From: Scyliorhinus canicula
Lineage: Eukaryota
NCBI RefSeq assembly: GCF_902713615.1
Contig: NC_052147.1
Location: 166,822,410-166,886,409 of the forward strand
Direction of reading: 5' to 3'
Length of the DNA stretch: 64,000 bases
Part shown: positions 37,101 through 50,484 of the stretch, in pieces
Layout of the letters: every line of letters starts with the position of its first letter
How positions within the stretch are numbered: the first letter of the stretch is position 1
Made by a program: the position numbers and the translations under genes
Notes under the pieces: generated by a model
The model's database searches: none
What the model saw: only the letters and a program-made list of their open reading frames with translations
What the model was told of the DNA's origin: nothing

Positions 37101-38480
37101 GGTATACACTGCGGGAAAAGATCTCATCATTGCTAATACGTTATCCAGATCAATTGACACAGAAAGTTCACCACCAGAATTTATTAGAGACATCGAGGCT
37201 CAAACGCAGTTATGCGCGGAGAATCTTCCGGCATCTGAAGAGACGCTACAACTGATTGGTCAAGAAACAAAGAAAGATGCAACCTTGCTAAGGGTGATGC
37301 ACCATTTCCAGCATAATTGGCCAAAGGGACAATGTCTACAATATCAAAACATTCAGACCGAGATAAAAGTAGTTGATGGGCTATTTTTACGAAATGACAA
37401 AATAGTAATTCCACTGAGTCTGTGCTCTGAGATGCTACACAAGATTCACAAGGGACATCTCGGAATTGGGAAATGTAAGAGGAGAGCATGACAAACAGTT
37501 TACTGGCCTGGCATCAACACAAAGATAACTGACATGGTCATGACATGTGATACCTGTCGGAAGCATCAACCTGTACAGTGTAAAGAGACACTTCAGCAAC
37601 ATGAGCTAACAACGTCACTACGGACAAAAGAAGGCATCGATCTGTTCCATGCTAGTGGTCGTGACTACGTTCTCATCATGGACTACTACTCAAACTTTCC
37701 GGAGGTTATGAAACTTCCTGATCTTACTTCTTCATCTGTCATAAAGGCTTTTTTCACGACATGGGATTCCGCACACTGTAATGTTCGATGTTTCGCGAAT
37801 TGGGAATGGACAGAGGTTTCAAATAACTACAACTTTTGTCATGTGACATCTAGTCCACACTACTCCCAACCCAATGGGAAAGCTGGAAACTGTTTTCACA
37901 TCATCAAACAACTTATCAGTAAAGTGAATGATTAACAATCTGACATACACTTGGCTTTGTTATCGTACCGAGCAATTCCATTAAGCTCAGGACTGTCACC
38001 AGCTCAAATGCTTTTTAACAGAGACAGCCGAACAACTTTACCTGCAATACAACTCAAAGATCCTGATCACTTGTATGTTCTCAACAAAATCAAAGAACAA
38101 TGTTCTAAACAGTGACAATGCTATGATCAGCACGCGATCAAGCTCAAACCCACTGACAAAAGATGAGACTGTCAAACTAAGAAATCCAGAGGGAGGATGG
38201 TCTGCTCTAGCCACTGTATTCAGGCAAACAGCACTGCGATCCTACATCGCCAAATCAGCTGAGGGGGCGATTTTTTGACGCAAATGGCAAGATCTACTGA
38301 AGAGTCGACTTCAATCACCAGATTTCCTACATTGAATCTAAATGAGCCACTCATTCGACAAAATTTACTTCACAGCAAGACAACAGACGGCGTTCACAAT
38401 GGCATTAAAATATCCACATCACCACTTCAACAGTTATAAAAGTCTAATAAAAGAAGAAAGAAACCCAACCGACTCAATTT
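34110..38480 (+). pseudogene. Gypsy gag-pol pseudogene
   Basis: Gag N-terminus (GNLNSNWK..KQQFQIYL), zinc knuckle CYRCGNAH at ~34917, protease LETGA (catalytic D to E), RT YVKD (from YVDD), RNase H and integrase; many stops. Confidence 0.9.
35221..35444 (+). mobile_element. Short poly(A)-tailed HE1-like SINE with 14-bp TSD
   Basis: TSD AACATG(A/C)TCAACTC at 35207-35220 and 35445-35458; nearly identical to 11812-12037. Confidence 0.9.
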
Positions 38481-38735
38481 ATAAATATTGGACTCTAAAA
38501 TGATACTTGACTTTGTATAATTATCAATATTGTCATAACTTGTACAGTTATACACATCCTTATTTATATTTTCCTGTTGTACAATTTTCTTTAACCAGTT
38601 CAGAAAATGTGTCAAAAAAAGGGGGATGTAGTAATCTACACACCTGTATGTATACAACGGGTAATGTTTAGAAGTAACAACTAAGTAATCCCTAGATGGC
38701 AGCATGAGAGTTGGTTAGAAAAGGCAGACTTGACA

Positions 38736-41700
38736 CTTCCGGTGGCGGCCATGCAGTAGGTGATCGCACATTTGGTAGCACTCGCTTGCGACGGAGCTTT
38801 TGGACCTTTCCTCCTGATTTTGTCAGAATTTTATCGGATTAATCAGTGGAGAGTGAGACAGTGGGGAAAAATTCCCAACCAGTATATGGAGCAGTGGACT
38901 AGAAGTGGCTTCACAAGGAGACATAGTCGAGCCAAGAAGGCGCGTGCAGAAACGGCACCACAGGAAAGCATGGCGGGGGCACAGGATCCTGGTGCGGTGG
39001 CACAGTGGTCGATGGTACAGCTGGTGAAGTTCTTCGAGGAGAGTTTCGCTAAAGTAGGATACGCTAGACCCGATTAAGGCATCGATGGATCAGGTGGAAC
39101 AGGGGCCACGGATGGGCGATCCAGAAGGTGGAGCAAAAGGTGTCCAAGCACGAGGACTATCTAACTGTGTCGGAGGCTGAGGTGGGGCTGATGAAGGACC
39201 ACCAGAAAAGACTGCAGGAGATGTTGGAGGATTTTGAGAACAGGTCCACTAGAGAGAACCTGAGGATCATATGCCTCCCGGAGGGTAGTGAGGGATCGGA
39301 CGCGAGGGAAATTGTGGCAAAGTATGCTGCAAAGGTTGATGTGAGAGGGCACATTTACTTGACCCTTGGAGGTGGACAGAATGCAAAGAGCGCTTGCGAG
39401 GAAGCCGCGAGCGAATGAACCGCCAAGGGCGATGGGCCAAGCAGTTGCGGAGCTGCAAGTGGGAGAACTGTGAGTTGCGCATCTACGAGGACCTGGGCGT
39501 GGAACTGGCCAAAAGGCGAGCCGGATTTAACAGGGCAAAATCAGCCCTCTTCAAGAAGGGGGTGAAGTTCGGGATGTTATATCCAACGTGTCTGTAGGTC
39601 ACTTTTGTGGGCCAGAAACTTTACTTTGAATCATCAGACAAAGCAATAAACTTCATCAAGGACAAAAGGCTGGCAGGGGTCGAAGGAGACTGAATCTTGG
39701 GGGAGGGCATTGCAGGATCGATTTGGTTTAAATTTATTTATGTGAGGTTCTGGATATGCAATGCTCTCTGCAAGAAGGGATCATTCTTGTTTTTTTGCCC
39801 CTTCCTTTTTCTTTGGTTTTCATTTTGTTAAGGTGTTTGAGCAGTTGTTCAGAAATGTAATTTAAATCTGTTCTGGTGTGTGATGGGTGGGGGGATTTTT
39901 TCTGCTATTTGTTTACTGGGGACTGTGATGCTCTGAATATGTATGTCTGAGCGGGGGGAAGGAGGGAGAACAGAAAGGAGCTAGGATGTCTGATGTCATG
40001 GGCGGGAGCTACCAGGTTAGCTAGGTGAGCTAGTTCACGGAAGCGCAGTGGCGGGTGAGCAGGTGATAAGCTTGGTATGGGGGGGTTGGGATTGTGATGG
40101 TGCTAATAGGGGTGGGGTGAGCTGCTCTGCTGACAGGGGAGGAACAGTTGCTTGGGGAAAAAAGGGAGGTCGAGGACGGCAGATGCCCGAGGCCAGGCCC
40201 GAGGAAGCGAGGGACGTGAGCTGGAGGCTGGCTTATGAAGGGTTGAGGGCCCCAATTGAAATTGAGGAAATAATGGAGGGGCTGGAGGCCATGTAGTCGG
40301 GTAAGGTCCCGAGACTGGACGGTTTCCCAGTGTAATTTTACAAGATGTTCTCAGAGATGTTGGGCCCAATGCTGGTGAGGGCATTTAATGAGGCAAGGGA
40401 GCGGGGTGTCCTTCCTCCAACAATGTCACAGGCCTCGCCCTCATTGAATCTGAAGCGGGAGAAGGATCCTGAGCTATGCAGGTCATACAGGCCAATCTCC
40501 CTATTGAATGTGGACGCCAAACTGCTGGCTAAAATTTTGACCACAACAATAGAGGAATGAGTTCCGGAGGTGATAGGGGAAGACCAGGCGGGCTTTGTGA
40601 AGGGCATGCAGCTTACGGCCAATGTTAGAAGGCTCCTAAACGTTATCATGACTCTCTTAGAGAGGGGGGAGGTGGAGGTGGTGGTTGCGATGGAGGCAGA
40701 GAAGGCCTTTGAACGGGTGGAGTGGAATTATTTGTGGGAGGTTTTAGGAAGGTTCGGTTTTGGACAGGACTTCATTCATTAGGTGCGGTTGCTCTATCAA
40801 GCACCAGTAGTAAGCGTGCGAACGAATCGGCCGATATCGGGCTACTTTAAGCTGCACCGGGGGACAAGTCGAGGGTGTCTCCTCTCCCCGCTATTGTTTG
40901 GTCTGGCTATGGAGCTATTGGCTATGGAGTTAAGAGCTTCTAGGAACTGGAAATGGCTGATCCGGGGGTGGAACACCGGGTCTCGCTTCACGCGGATGAC
41001 CTGCTCCTGTATATTTCTGACCCGTTAAGGGGGCTGGATTATGTGGATCCTAGGGGAATTCGTTCACTTTTCGGGTATAAATTGAACATGGGCTAAATTA
41101 AGATGTTCGCGATCCAGTCGAGGGAGCAGGACAGGAGAATTCGAGAGCTGGCGTTTAGAATGGTGGGAATGAGCTTTCGCTATCTGGGAATACAGGTGGC
41201 ACAGGAATGGGAGACATTGCACAAGCTAAACTTGTCCCGGCTTATAGAGCAAATGAAGGAGGACTTTAGGAGATGGGACATGCTCCCACTGTCACTGGCG
41301 GGGAGAGTACAGACCGTGAAAATGACGGTCTTCCCCAGATTTCTGTTTGTTTTTCAGTGCCTCTCCATTTTATCCCGAGGGCCATTTTAAACGTGTAAAT
41401 AGGCTGATTTTTGGGCTTTGTGTAAGTGGGCAAAACCCCGCGAGTGAAGAAAGTGTTGTCGAAGCGTAGCTGGGGGGAGGGTAGGTTGGCACTGCCTCCC
41501 CAAGTTTAGAGGATTTTTGGCAAGGTTTCGCTGATATCATCTCCATGGTACATGAATCAAAGGTGGTGCCGGGTCCGGAGGTGGCGATCTTTGGAGTGTC
41601 GTAAGAGGCGGGAGACAAGGGGGCGGGAGAGGCTGACATTTTGGCCTTTGCCTCCCTGGTAGCCCGGAGATGGATACTGATAATGTGGAGTGACACAAAG

Positions 41701-42600
41701 CCCGCAAAATCAGAGACCTGGGTTAGCGACATGGCTGGGTTTCTCAGTCTTGAGAAAATAACGTTTGCCCTTAGAGGGTCAATGTTAGGGTTCGTCCGGA
41801 GGTGGCAGCCGTTTGTCAACTTATTGGGGGAAAATTTAATGTCAGCAGAGGCAGAAATCTAGGGGCAGGGATGGTTTAAACTATTGCTTCATTGATTGGG
41901 GGCTTGAGGATCGTGTCAGGGATGGAAATGTCTTACATACATTGTTCATGTTGTTGTTATTGTTATTACGATTGTTATGGGGTTTAGAGAACCCCAAAGT
42001 GTATCATGGAGTTCACCTGACCCAGATTTTAACAGACACGTTTTAATAGATTGTGGTATGGGAAGCACACAGCCCACTCTACAGGTGTGGTACAGCAGAA
42101 ATGGAAAAGTCTTTTTTAAATGCAAAACAATGTTTATTCCATGAACTCAAGTTAACCTTTTTAAAACAAACAGAACATACATCTCAGCAACCATTAATTC
42201 AAATACAACCCCAAAAGAATAGAACACTATGTAATTCTTAAGCTGTCCTTTTAACATCGAGAAGACTTTAAAAAAAAACTTTCAGCAGAAGCACAACAGG
42301 TTAAAGTCACTACTAAGAGCAGTTATCAGTTTTAAATCACCAAAGGATCAATTTAAATTCTTTTGATTATCGAGAGAGACTGTAAGACACCTTTTGGCTG
42401 TGACTGCAGCTATCCAGCTCTGAAAACGAAACTAAAACACACCCTTCAGCAAACAGCCTAAAATTAAATTAAAAAGCTGACAGACAGCCCAGCTCCACCC
42501 ACTCTCTGACATCACTGCAGTAACAAACACCCATTTCTTAAAGGTGCTCTCACATGACACTATAAAACTATGAATACACCAATAAAATGTTTTCAAAAAA
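38736..42600 (+). mobile_element. L1-clade LINE, copy B, endonuclease region deleted
   Basis: Paralog of 5062-12442. The junction at AAGGGT (40238-40243) joins the equivalents of 6960 and 9840. Confidence 0.88.
41973..42559. mobile_element. Solo LTR (587 bp)
   Basis: TGTTATG..CATGACA termini, TSD CGAT/CTAT; paralog of 11575-12400. Confidence 0.8.
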
Positions 42601-43419
42601 ATAAAAGATCAACTCAAACCGGGTCCCCGCCTCTTCATGGATGTAGTGACGAGTAACCAGAGGTAGAGAGAGATAGTTCAAAGTGCAGGTGTTGTGAATC
42701 ATTGTTAATATATATTTAATCTTGTTTATTTAATCTCTAGTTTAGTTTTTGAAGAGAGAACAAACTCACAGTATATTTGTTGACGTTGCTCAATAAATAA
42801 TTTGCTTTAATTGGAAGAGTTTGAGTGTTAATGAACATCGATAACAGGATCATCTTGGTAAGAAGCAAATGAATAACATACATTACACAAGGTAATATAA
42901 CACTTTCCAAGTCACCAGTATCATTGCTTTGATTCTAGTTTTGTACGCAATTTCTTTATTTTAATACTGTCACTTATCTCTTTATTTATCACTGGATTTC
43001 TTTTATTGACTTATAGATGAAAAGGAAAAAGTTGGAATCTATGGGAAAGTTGTGGAGGATTGTGCCTAATTGGATAACTCATTCAAAGAACACAGCAGGT
43101 GGAGTGGGATGAGCCATAATCTCCACTTTGTGATTCAATAACTCTCGGTCAAATTGCTGTTTCTGACCTTGAGGATGCCATCTCTGGGAACGGAATTTGC
43201 TATTATGTCAAAATTATGTTCTGTTTCAGTCACGCAGAGCCTCTTTCCTCCTTCACTGATTTTTGTTTGGTTAAGAATTCAGCTCCCCGCTTCCTACTTT
43301 AGAACAAACATTCTAAAAATGAATTTGTTCACACTAACACCTGACGTACTATTGTTCTGTTTATTGTTCTAATATGGCTTCAGGTAAACTGAATTTGTTA
43401 AAATATTGCAACATAATAT

Positions 43420-44730
43420 CATGCACCAATAGATTCATAAACAGCTTCTTCCCTGCTGTTATCAGACTCCTGAATGGCTCTCTTATGGATTGAGTTGATC
43501 TTTTGAAATATCTTCGCTACAGTCATAGCACTATACTCCATATGCACAAATGAAGTTGGTTGTGGTGGCCGTAGGTCAATAATCTCAACTCCAGGACATC
43601 GGTGCAGTAGTTCCTCAGGGTAGTGTCCTAGTCTCAACCATCTTCAACTGATTCATCAATGACCTCCTTTCCATCATAAGGTCAAAGTGGGGATGTTTGC
43701 AGATGACTGCACAATGTTGAGCACCATTAGTGACCACCCAGATAATGAAGCAGTTCATGTGCAAATGAAGAAAGACTTGGACAATGTACAGGCTTGGGCT
43801 GACAAGTGCAATTTACATTCATGCCTCACAGGCGGCAGGCAATGACAATATCCTACAAATGAGGTTCTAACCACTGCCCCTTGACATTCAATGGCATTAC
43901 CATCGCTGCATCCCCCCTGGGAGTTACGATTGATCAGAACTGAACTGGACTAGCCACAGTAATACTGTGGCTACCAGGGCAGGTCAATGCTAGGAATCCT
44001 ACAGCGAGTAACTTTCCTCCTGACCCCCCAAACCCTGTCCACCATCTACAAGGCACAAGTCAGGAGTGGAATGGAATACTCTCCACTTGCCTGCATAAGT
44101 GCAACTCCAACAACACTCAAAAGCTTGACACCATCCAGGACAAAGCAGCCCCATTGATTGCTCCTCCTTCCACTAACATTCAAAACATTCATGGATGAAC
44201 AATGGCAGCCGTGTGTACAATCTACTAGATGCACTGGAGCAATTCACCAACGTTCCTTGGACAGTGCCTTACAAACCCATGACCACTACCATCTACAAGG
44301 ACAAGAGCAGCAGATGCCTGGGAACCCCACCATCTGAAGGTTGCCCTCCAAGTAACACATCACCCTGACTTGGAAATATATCATCGTTTCTTCACTGTCG
44401 CTAGTGCAAAAAACTTGTAACTCCCTCCAGAACAGAACAGTGGTGTACTTACACCTCAATGACAGCAGCGGTTCAAGAAGGCAACTCACCACCACCTTTA
44501 GAAGCACAACTAGGGATGGGCAATAAATGCTGACCTAACCAGGGACTCCCACATCACATAAATGAATAAAAAATGCAAGACCCGATGTCTATGTTTATGT
44601 ATTTACATCATGCATTTATCATATGTTCTCTGTTTTCATGTATGGAGTGGTGTGCCTGGACTGTACTTAGAACAATACTTTCACTGTACTTCGGTATACG
44701 TGGCTCTAAGTCAATTTCTAAATCAAATCG
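43420..44730 (+). mobile_element. Rex-like relic plus CR1-supergroup LINE fragment (cassette copy 3)
   Basis: Paralog of 13261-14550. Confidence 0.6.
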
Positions 44731-45109
44731 ACATACAATTACGTGCACTGCTAAACGTTCGATAGCCTTTGGAGTACAATCTGGAAGCAAAACACACAGG
44801 TAATTATGCATCAGCCATTGTGTAGAGTGCTGTAAAGAAAGCACATTATTCTGAAAATGTACAGACTGCATCTTAACCGGTTTTGCAGTCAGTTTCAGCA
44901 CTTACACTGAACTATTGGAAACATACCTGTTGAATGTGTAATGCCAATTCTCCAGGAATGTCAGTGAAAGTGCTGTACAGTATCGGAAACACAATGGATT
45001 CCAATGCATTGTTGCCATCTTTATACAACAATTAAAATGAGACGGAAGCAAAACACATTCAGTGATACACAGGTGCGTTAAAATGGTTCTCTTTAGTGTA
45101 TGTGACATG

Positions 45110-45202
45110 TGTTTTGCTGTTTTCTGCTGAGTTCAAACTATCGCAATCATTAAAATAACAAAGGTGCAGTCCAGGGAGGCAATTCTGTCCAGCATATAAA
45201 TA
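45110..45202 (+). promoter_or_regulatory. Gamma-crystallin proximal promoter, copy 3
   Basis: TATAAATA at 45195-45202; TGCTGAG at 45125-45131; AACAAAG Sox-like motif. Confidence 0.65.
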
Positions 45203-45260
45203 CCAAACTGTGTGAAGTGGTGAAACATAGTCAGTTACTCAGGTAAACTCTGAGCTCAAA

Positions 45261-46787
45261 ATGGGGAAGGCAAGGATAAATCAGAGTTTATATATTGAAT
45301 TGGAATTCTTCATAGCCTAATTTGACAAGTTATTAATTTAAAAACCTGTGACTTTTTCCACAGATTATCTTTTACGAGGACAGGAACTTCCAGGGTCGGC
45401 ACTATGAGTGCAGCAGTGACTGTGCTGACCTGTCCCCTTACTTCAGCCGCTGTAACTCCATGCGAGTCATGAGTGACTGGTGGGTAATGTATGAGAGACC
45501 CAATTACATGGGATACCAGTATGTTCTGAGCAGGGGAGAATATCCTGACTACCAGCGCTGGATGGGATTCAATGACAATATCAGATCATGTCGCTCCTAC
45601 CCATATGTAAGTTGCTTTTGGTGATTTATATTTTATATCCATACTGAGCTTTAGAAAATGATCAGTGTGCTGAACTTTGACTTTGTGCACATCAGCTCTG
45701 AAGAGTCATCAGCTGTTTTGACAGGACTGATTTTAACTTTGGTCAGTGGTGGTTAACAGGTAGTGAATTGTCTGCCTGTCAAACATTCAGCCTGATTTAC
45801 CAATCCACTGGCATGTCTTTTGGTCATTGCCTGAAGTTAATTTTGTAATTTTTCAGACGCTGTTAAGGCTTGCGAGATGGACCTTAATGTATTGGTTGTG
45901 CAAACTGAGTTTACATCTGGGTGTCATGTCGACACTCTGTTGCAAAATCTGGTGTAATTAGATATATTTATTGTCGATTAATCAAATATTTAGAACTGAA
46001 ATCCGTTTTGATGCATTGATGTTGCTGAAAGTAATTAAATCATCTACAGGTAGACTGAGACATGATTGGCAACAATGTGGTGACAGACATATGCCTACTC
46101 ACTATCTTATTGTAAATGTTTAATACTTTCTAGGAAAGAGAAAGCTGTTCCCACACAGAGAAACAGAGAAACAAGCCGATCTCAATAGGAAACAGAAATA
46201 TATACAGCTTATTACTGATATTGATAAACCTCTGTCTGTGTGCACCAACTAATATCAGCCCTGTGCACTCTTACTCACACATCACTGATTAACTGTTTAA
46301 AATTAGATAGGAGCTGCTTGTTGGTAACAAGTCTAAAAGATAATTAACCTCTTGAATCGACGTTAACAAATTATCTCAGCTTTGTTCTCATTGTTGATCT
46401 CATCATCTGAGGCACCATTATATTCCTTCCTTCACAATGTTTCTCTTTTACTGCATATAACAAATGTATATTTATTATTTAATCATTAATATAATCTGTT
46501 TTCTATTACAGTACCGAGGCGGAAACTACAGAATGAGGATTTACGAGAGGCCTGACTTTGGAGGACAGATGATGGAATTCATGGATGACTGTCCATCTGT
46601 CTACGATCGTTTCCGTTACCGTGACATCCACTCCTGCCATGTGATGGACGGTTACTGGACCTTCTATGAACATCCCAACTACAGAGGCCGACAGTACTTC
46701 ATGAGACCCGGTGAATACAAGAGATACAGTGACTGGGGCGGCTACAACTCAACTATCGGATCTTTCAGACGCATGAGAGATTTCTAG
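45261..46787 (+). CDS. cryg: Gamma-crystallin, copy 3, 175 aa; exons 45261-45269, 45364-45606, 46512-46787
   Basis: Intact spliced ORF ...[20 protein letters not shown]...|[12 protein letters not shown]...RRMRDF*; GC-AG intron 1. Confidence 0.96.
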
Positions 46788-46836
46788 TTTTTCGTTGTAA
46801 AGTATGATCTTATTTTATTGAATCAGTTATCAGCAT

Positions 46837-46842
46837 AATAAA
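46837..46842 (+). terminator. Polyadenylation signal, crystallin copy 3
   Basis: AATAAA 50 bp after the stop. Confidence 0.8.
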
Positions 46843-47587
46843 TACTCTTTATTACACTGTCTTCTTGCTTAAATCACATATTTTTATTTCTTGATCGAAA
46901 CTTTTCAAAGCAGTTCAACTTTTCAGGTGGGCACCTGCAGAATATTTCACCACAGTGATCTCAGGTTTGCGAATGTCATTAAAATGAAAAAATAGAGAAA
47001 CAGCAAATGTGTGGACTGATCCTGCCAGAAAAACTGGGTCGGTGCCAATCCTCTGCTGTTCTTACTGAAGTTTGTGCGGTCAATAGGAGATTATCTAATT
47101 TCTCTGGGTACTTCAGGCACTTTTTTGCGAGAAATGGTACTCTGTTGTGGGATGGGGGGGTGGGGGGAGGGGAGGGGTGGCGGATGGGGGTGGTGATGAG
47201 TGGGTTTGTGAAACTGAGGGGTAGCATATGGACCTGATGCGAGGAGAGAAGTGGTAACGTAATCTTGAAGCTCGGTGGAGATCATTGGCCTTCTTCTGAC
47301 ATTGGACGGTGGATTAAGGTCTTTGGTTTGCAGCCTATAATGGTCGTCTCAGTTGATCCATTCATTCAGGTTCTCTGCAGTTTAGAAACACAGTACTCCC
47401 AACTTCCCTGGGGAGGCACCTTACTTCTCTTCAAACCTTGATTTCAGTTTGTGGTTTGTATTCAGGCCTCTGTTATCTCAGCAATACCGACCGACCCCCC
47501 CCCCCCCCCCGATAACGCTTACAGAAGCGTTTTACAGATAGCTGACTGGATCTTTTTTCTGTGCTGCCAAAATCAAACCGAACCCTT

Positions 47588-47757
47588 ACATAGAGCATAA
47601 AACATACAGTGCAGAAGGAGGCCATTCGGCCCATCGAGTCTGCACCGACGCACTTAAGCCCTCACTTCAGCCCTATCGCCGGAACCCAATAACCCCATCT
47701 AACCTTTTTGGTCACTAAGGGCAATTTAGCATGTCCAATCCACCTAACCTGCACGTC
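47588..47757 (-). mobile_element. 5'-truncated HE1-type SINE
   Basis: Reverse strand GTGCAGGTTAGGTGGATTGG..AAATTGCCCTTAG..GGCCGAATGGCCTCC plus tail. Confidence 0.75.
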
Positions 47758-49458
47758 CAAGCAATCAGACCGAATCCTAACCCATATGTCTCACTGATGC
47801 CTAAATGGCTGCAGCACAAGTTTAAACAAGCAAATAATTTCTCCTTAAACTTCTGGATTCTTCTACTGAACTAAAGACCCAGGCTGCTTGCCTTAAAGAT
47901 ACATGTCCATTAATCATCCATGGACCAAAATATGAACGGAAATAAAAGAAAGGGGGAATAAGGAGAATAAGCATGACAGTTCCTTATAATCTGAATTGGA
48001 ACTCAATTAATGGAAGTAAAGTGATGAAGGTGTAAATGATTTAAAACTTCCAGTCCAGGTGATAGGCTGACTGTGTCCTTATGTGATTTCTTCCACTCCT
48101 TTATGCTTCTGCAGTAAATCATCCTCATCGCATCAAAATATTTATTTGCTTGGCTCCCAAGGCATAAATGAAAACGTAGCCTAAATACTTGCTGAATCTT
48201 TCATCACATATGTCTTTGAGATGTTTTGCAGAGTGTCTATCTCACTGGTACATACAAACAATGTACATTTATATTTTATATCTCTCTGAATTACTTTCTC
48301 AACAATTGCATTGTGGTTGTACAAAATGTTAACTGCCAAGACTGAATTGGTTCAGAATGTGGACAGCAACATGCTGGTATGTCATCAACCCAATGTGGTC
48401 TGTCCACTTCCGAAATATGTTGGAAATCCAACCAGGATGCCGAGAGAGCCACTTATATATCCAATTTCGTCTTTGACCCAGGATTCTGACTTCAACATGC
48501 AGTACACATATTTTCCGAGCAGTACAGAACTCACCAGGGTCAACAAGGCAAGAGTGTAGCGGGGAGTCATTGTTCAATGAAACTGACAGGCTAGTAAGCA
48601 TTTAAGCAATGGAACTGCAAAAATGCTGCCTTATCAACAGCCACCTGATAATAAAAAAACCTTTGATTGATATGAATTATTGTGCCTACTCTTGCTGAAG
48701 TTAAAAGATCCAACTGATATTCTCTACAATGGTCAGTGACAGTTATGGAGGGGAGAATTTATTCTCATTTAAGAGAGGTGTGACTGCTTCTATTGGAATG
48801 GGCAATCTTCTCTCTTCACTACATTACCTGAGCATTTCTAGATTAACTTTTGCACAAGTTCGGTAGAGAATGAAGCTCCTTCCTCTGATACACTTGTCAC
48901 ATTTTCCACCAGGTTTTCTTTGGCCTCTTAATTTGTGCCAAATTTCAGGCCCTCTGAGTGCAGGTGGAGGTACTAAACGAGAATCAAAAAAGTGTTAGAA
49001 ACTATTTTCTGAGATTGGTATTTTCTGTATGCAGCAGTTTCTAATTCACCTTGAAATTCTCTCACTTTAAAACTATTTCCCTCTTCTCATGGATAATTGT
49101 GCATAGAGCATGGCTCAACTGCATTTGACTTTAACACTGCAGGTGTGTTGGACAAAACGCTGAGTCCATGAACACAGTACAGCACAGTGAAGCATGTTGT
49201 AACTTTGATACACATTATTGCTTTCGGAGCTATGAGATTATAAAATAGTAACACAGGCTTGGTGGGCCACATAGACTACTCCTGCTCCTTATTACCTGGC
49301 TGGCACTGAGCCTGTCTGGCACTGAGGACTTTGGCAGAATTAACAACATTTGGATTATTGCCAGGATATTGAGCATTATCCTACATGGTTCATTCCCTAT
49401 GGTCAAATACTAACTGCGTATGAGGTAGTGGAAGCATTTTGGTTCAAGTAGGTACTGT

Positions 49459-49661
49459 CCCAGATGACCTTAGGCCACTTTCTCCTTTGAGAGGAAGAGC
49501 AGATTGGTGGGGATTTAACCCGAGAATCACCACACCTCAGGCAAGGGGCAAGGCTGAGAAGGCGGGGCTTCATGGATAACCTCAGCCGGGAATTGCACCC
49601 GTGCTGTTGGCCTCACTCTGCATCACAATCCAGCCGTCCGGCCAACTGATCTACACCGACT
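49459..49661 (-). mobile_element. tRNA-derived SINE, second family (cassette copy 3)
   Basis: Paralog of 18890-19092. Confidence 0.7.
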
Positions 49662-50484
49662 CCAGTATTTGACAGAGTTAAGATCAGATGCACACAGAGA
49701 TATGTGCATACACTCAATGGCACCCTGCATTATGGAAAAATCCCAAATCCTTCAAAATTCTTGTTCTCGCTCTACCTGCTTATCTCTGGTATGCCAGAAG
49801 AAGATTAATTTGCATAGAGAGCCTCATAATATAAACTCTGAGATGTTGCTTGCATATCCTGGAGCTCCATTACAGGAACATGATGCATTAAAATTCATAA
49901 TCCCAGTCACCTTGATAACCACAGACAATATGATCCTTGACCTGTCATGTGGTTACAAAGGAAATCAGAGCAAAAGTCGGCCATTCAACCCCTCAAGCCT
50001 GCACTGCCATTCATCTATTCCATGGCTGATCGTCTATCTCAACTCTATTTCCCCGCACTTTCCCCATATCCATGATACCTTTAATATCTAGAAATTTATC
50101 ATTCTCTTTCTTGAATATATTCAATGACTGAGACTTCACAGCCCTCAGAGGATAGTGAATTCCAGAGTCATCACTCTCTGAGTGAAAGAAATCATCTTAA
50201 TCTCAATTCTAAATTGCCAACCCCTTATTCTGCAACTATCTTCCCTGGTTATAATTACTCCACCTCCCCCTCTCCCCATCCTAGCCAGGGAAAATGTCCT
50301 TCCTCCATCCACCCTGGCGATCCCCCAAAGAATTTTGTAAGTTTCAAAGAAATCACCTCTCATTCTTCTGAGCATTCGGAGAATACAGGCCCAGTCTCCT
50401 CAATCTCTCCTCATTGGACAATCCCGCCAACCCAGGGCTCATTCCAGAGAATCTCCACTGCACTCGCTTTGTGGCAAGTATGTC

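Larger units (their letters stand above)
33167..42902 (+). mobile_element. Full-length defective Ty3/Gypsy LTR retrotransposon, copy B, with nested CR1, SINE, L1 and solo LTR
   Basis: 5' LTR 33167-34052 (TG..CA), PBS TGGTACCAGG from 34053, PPT AAAAAAAGGGGGA at 38614-38626, 3' LTR 38627-42902 (split by L1), 5-bp TSD CTTTC (33162-33166, 42903-42907). Confidence 0.93.
36398..50436 (+). repeat. Segmental/tandem duplicate of window 1-~19800
   Basis: Position 1 aligns to 36398. Shared Gypsy stops, L1 and solo-LTR insertion sites, 3' flank, promoter, gene and downstream relics. Confidence 0.93.
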
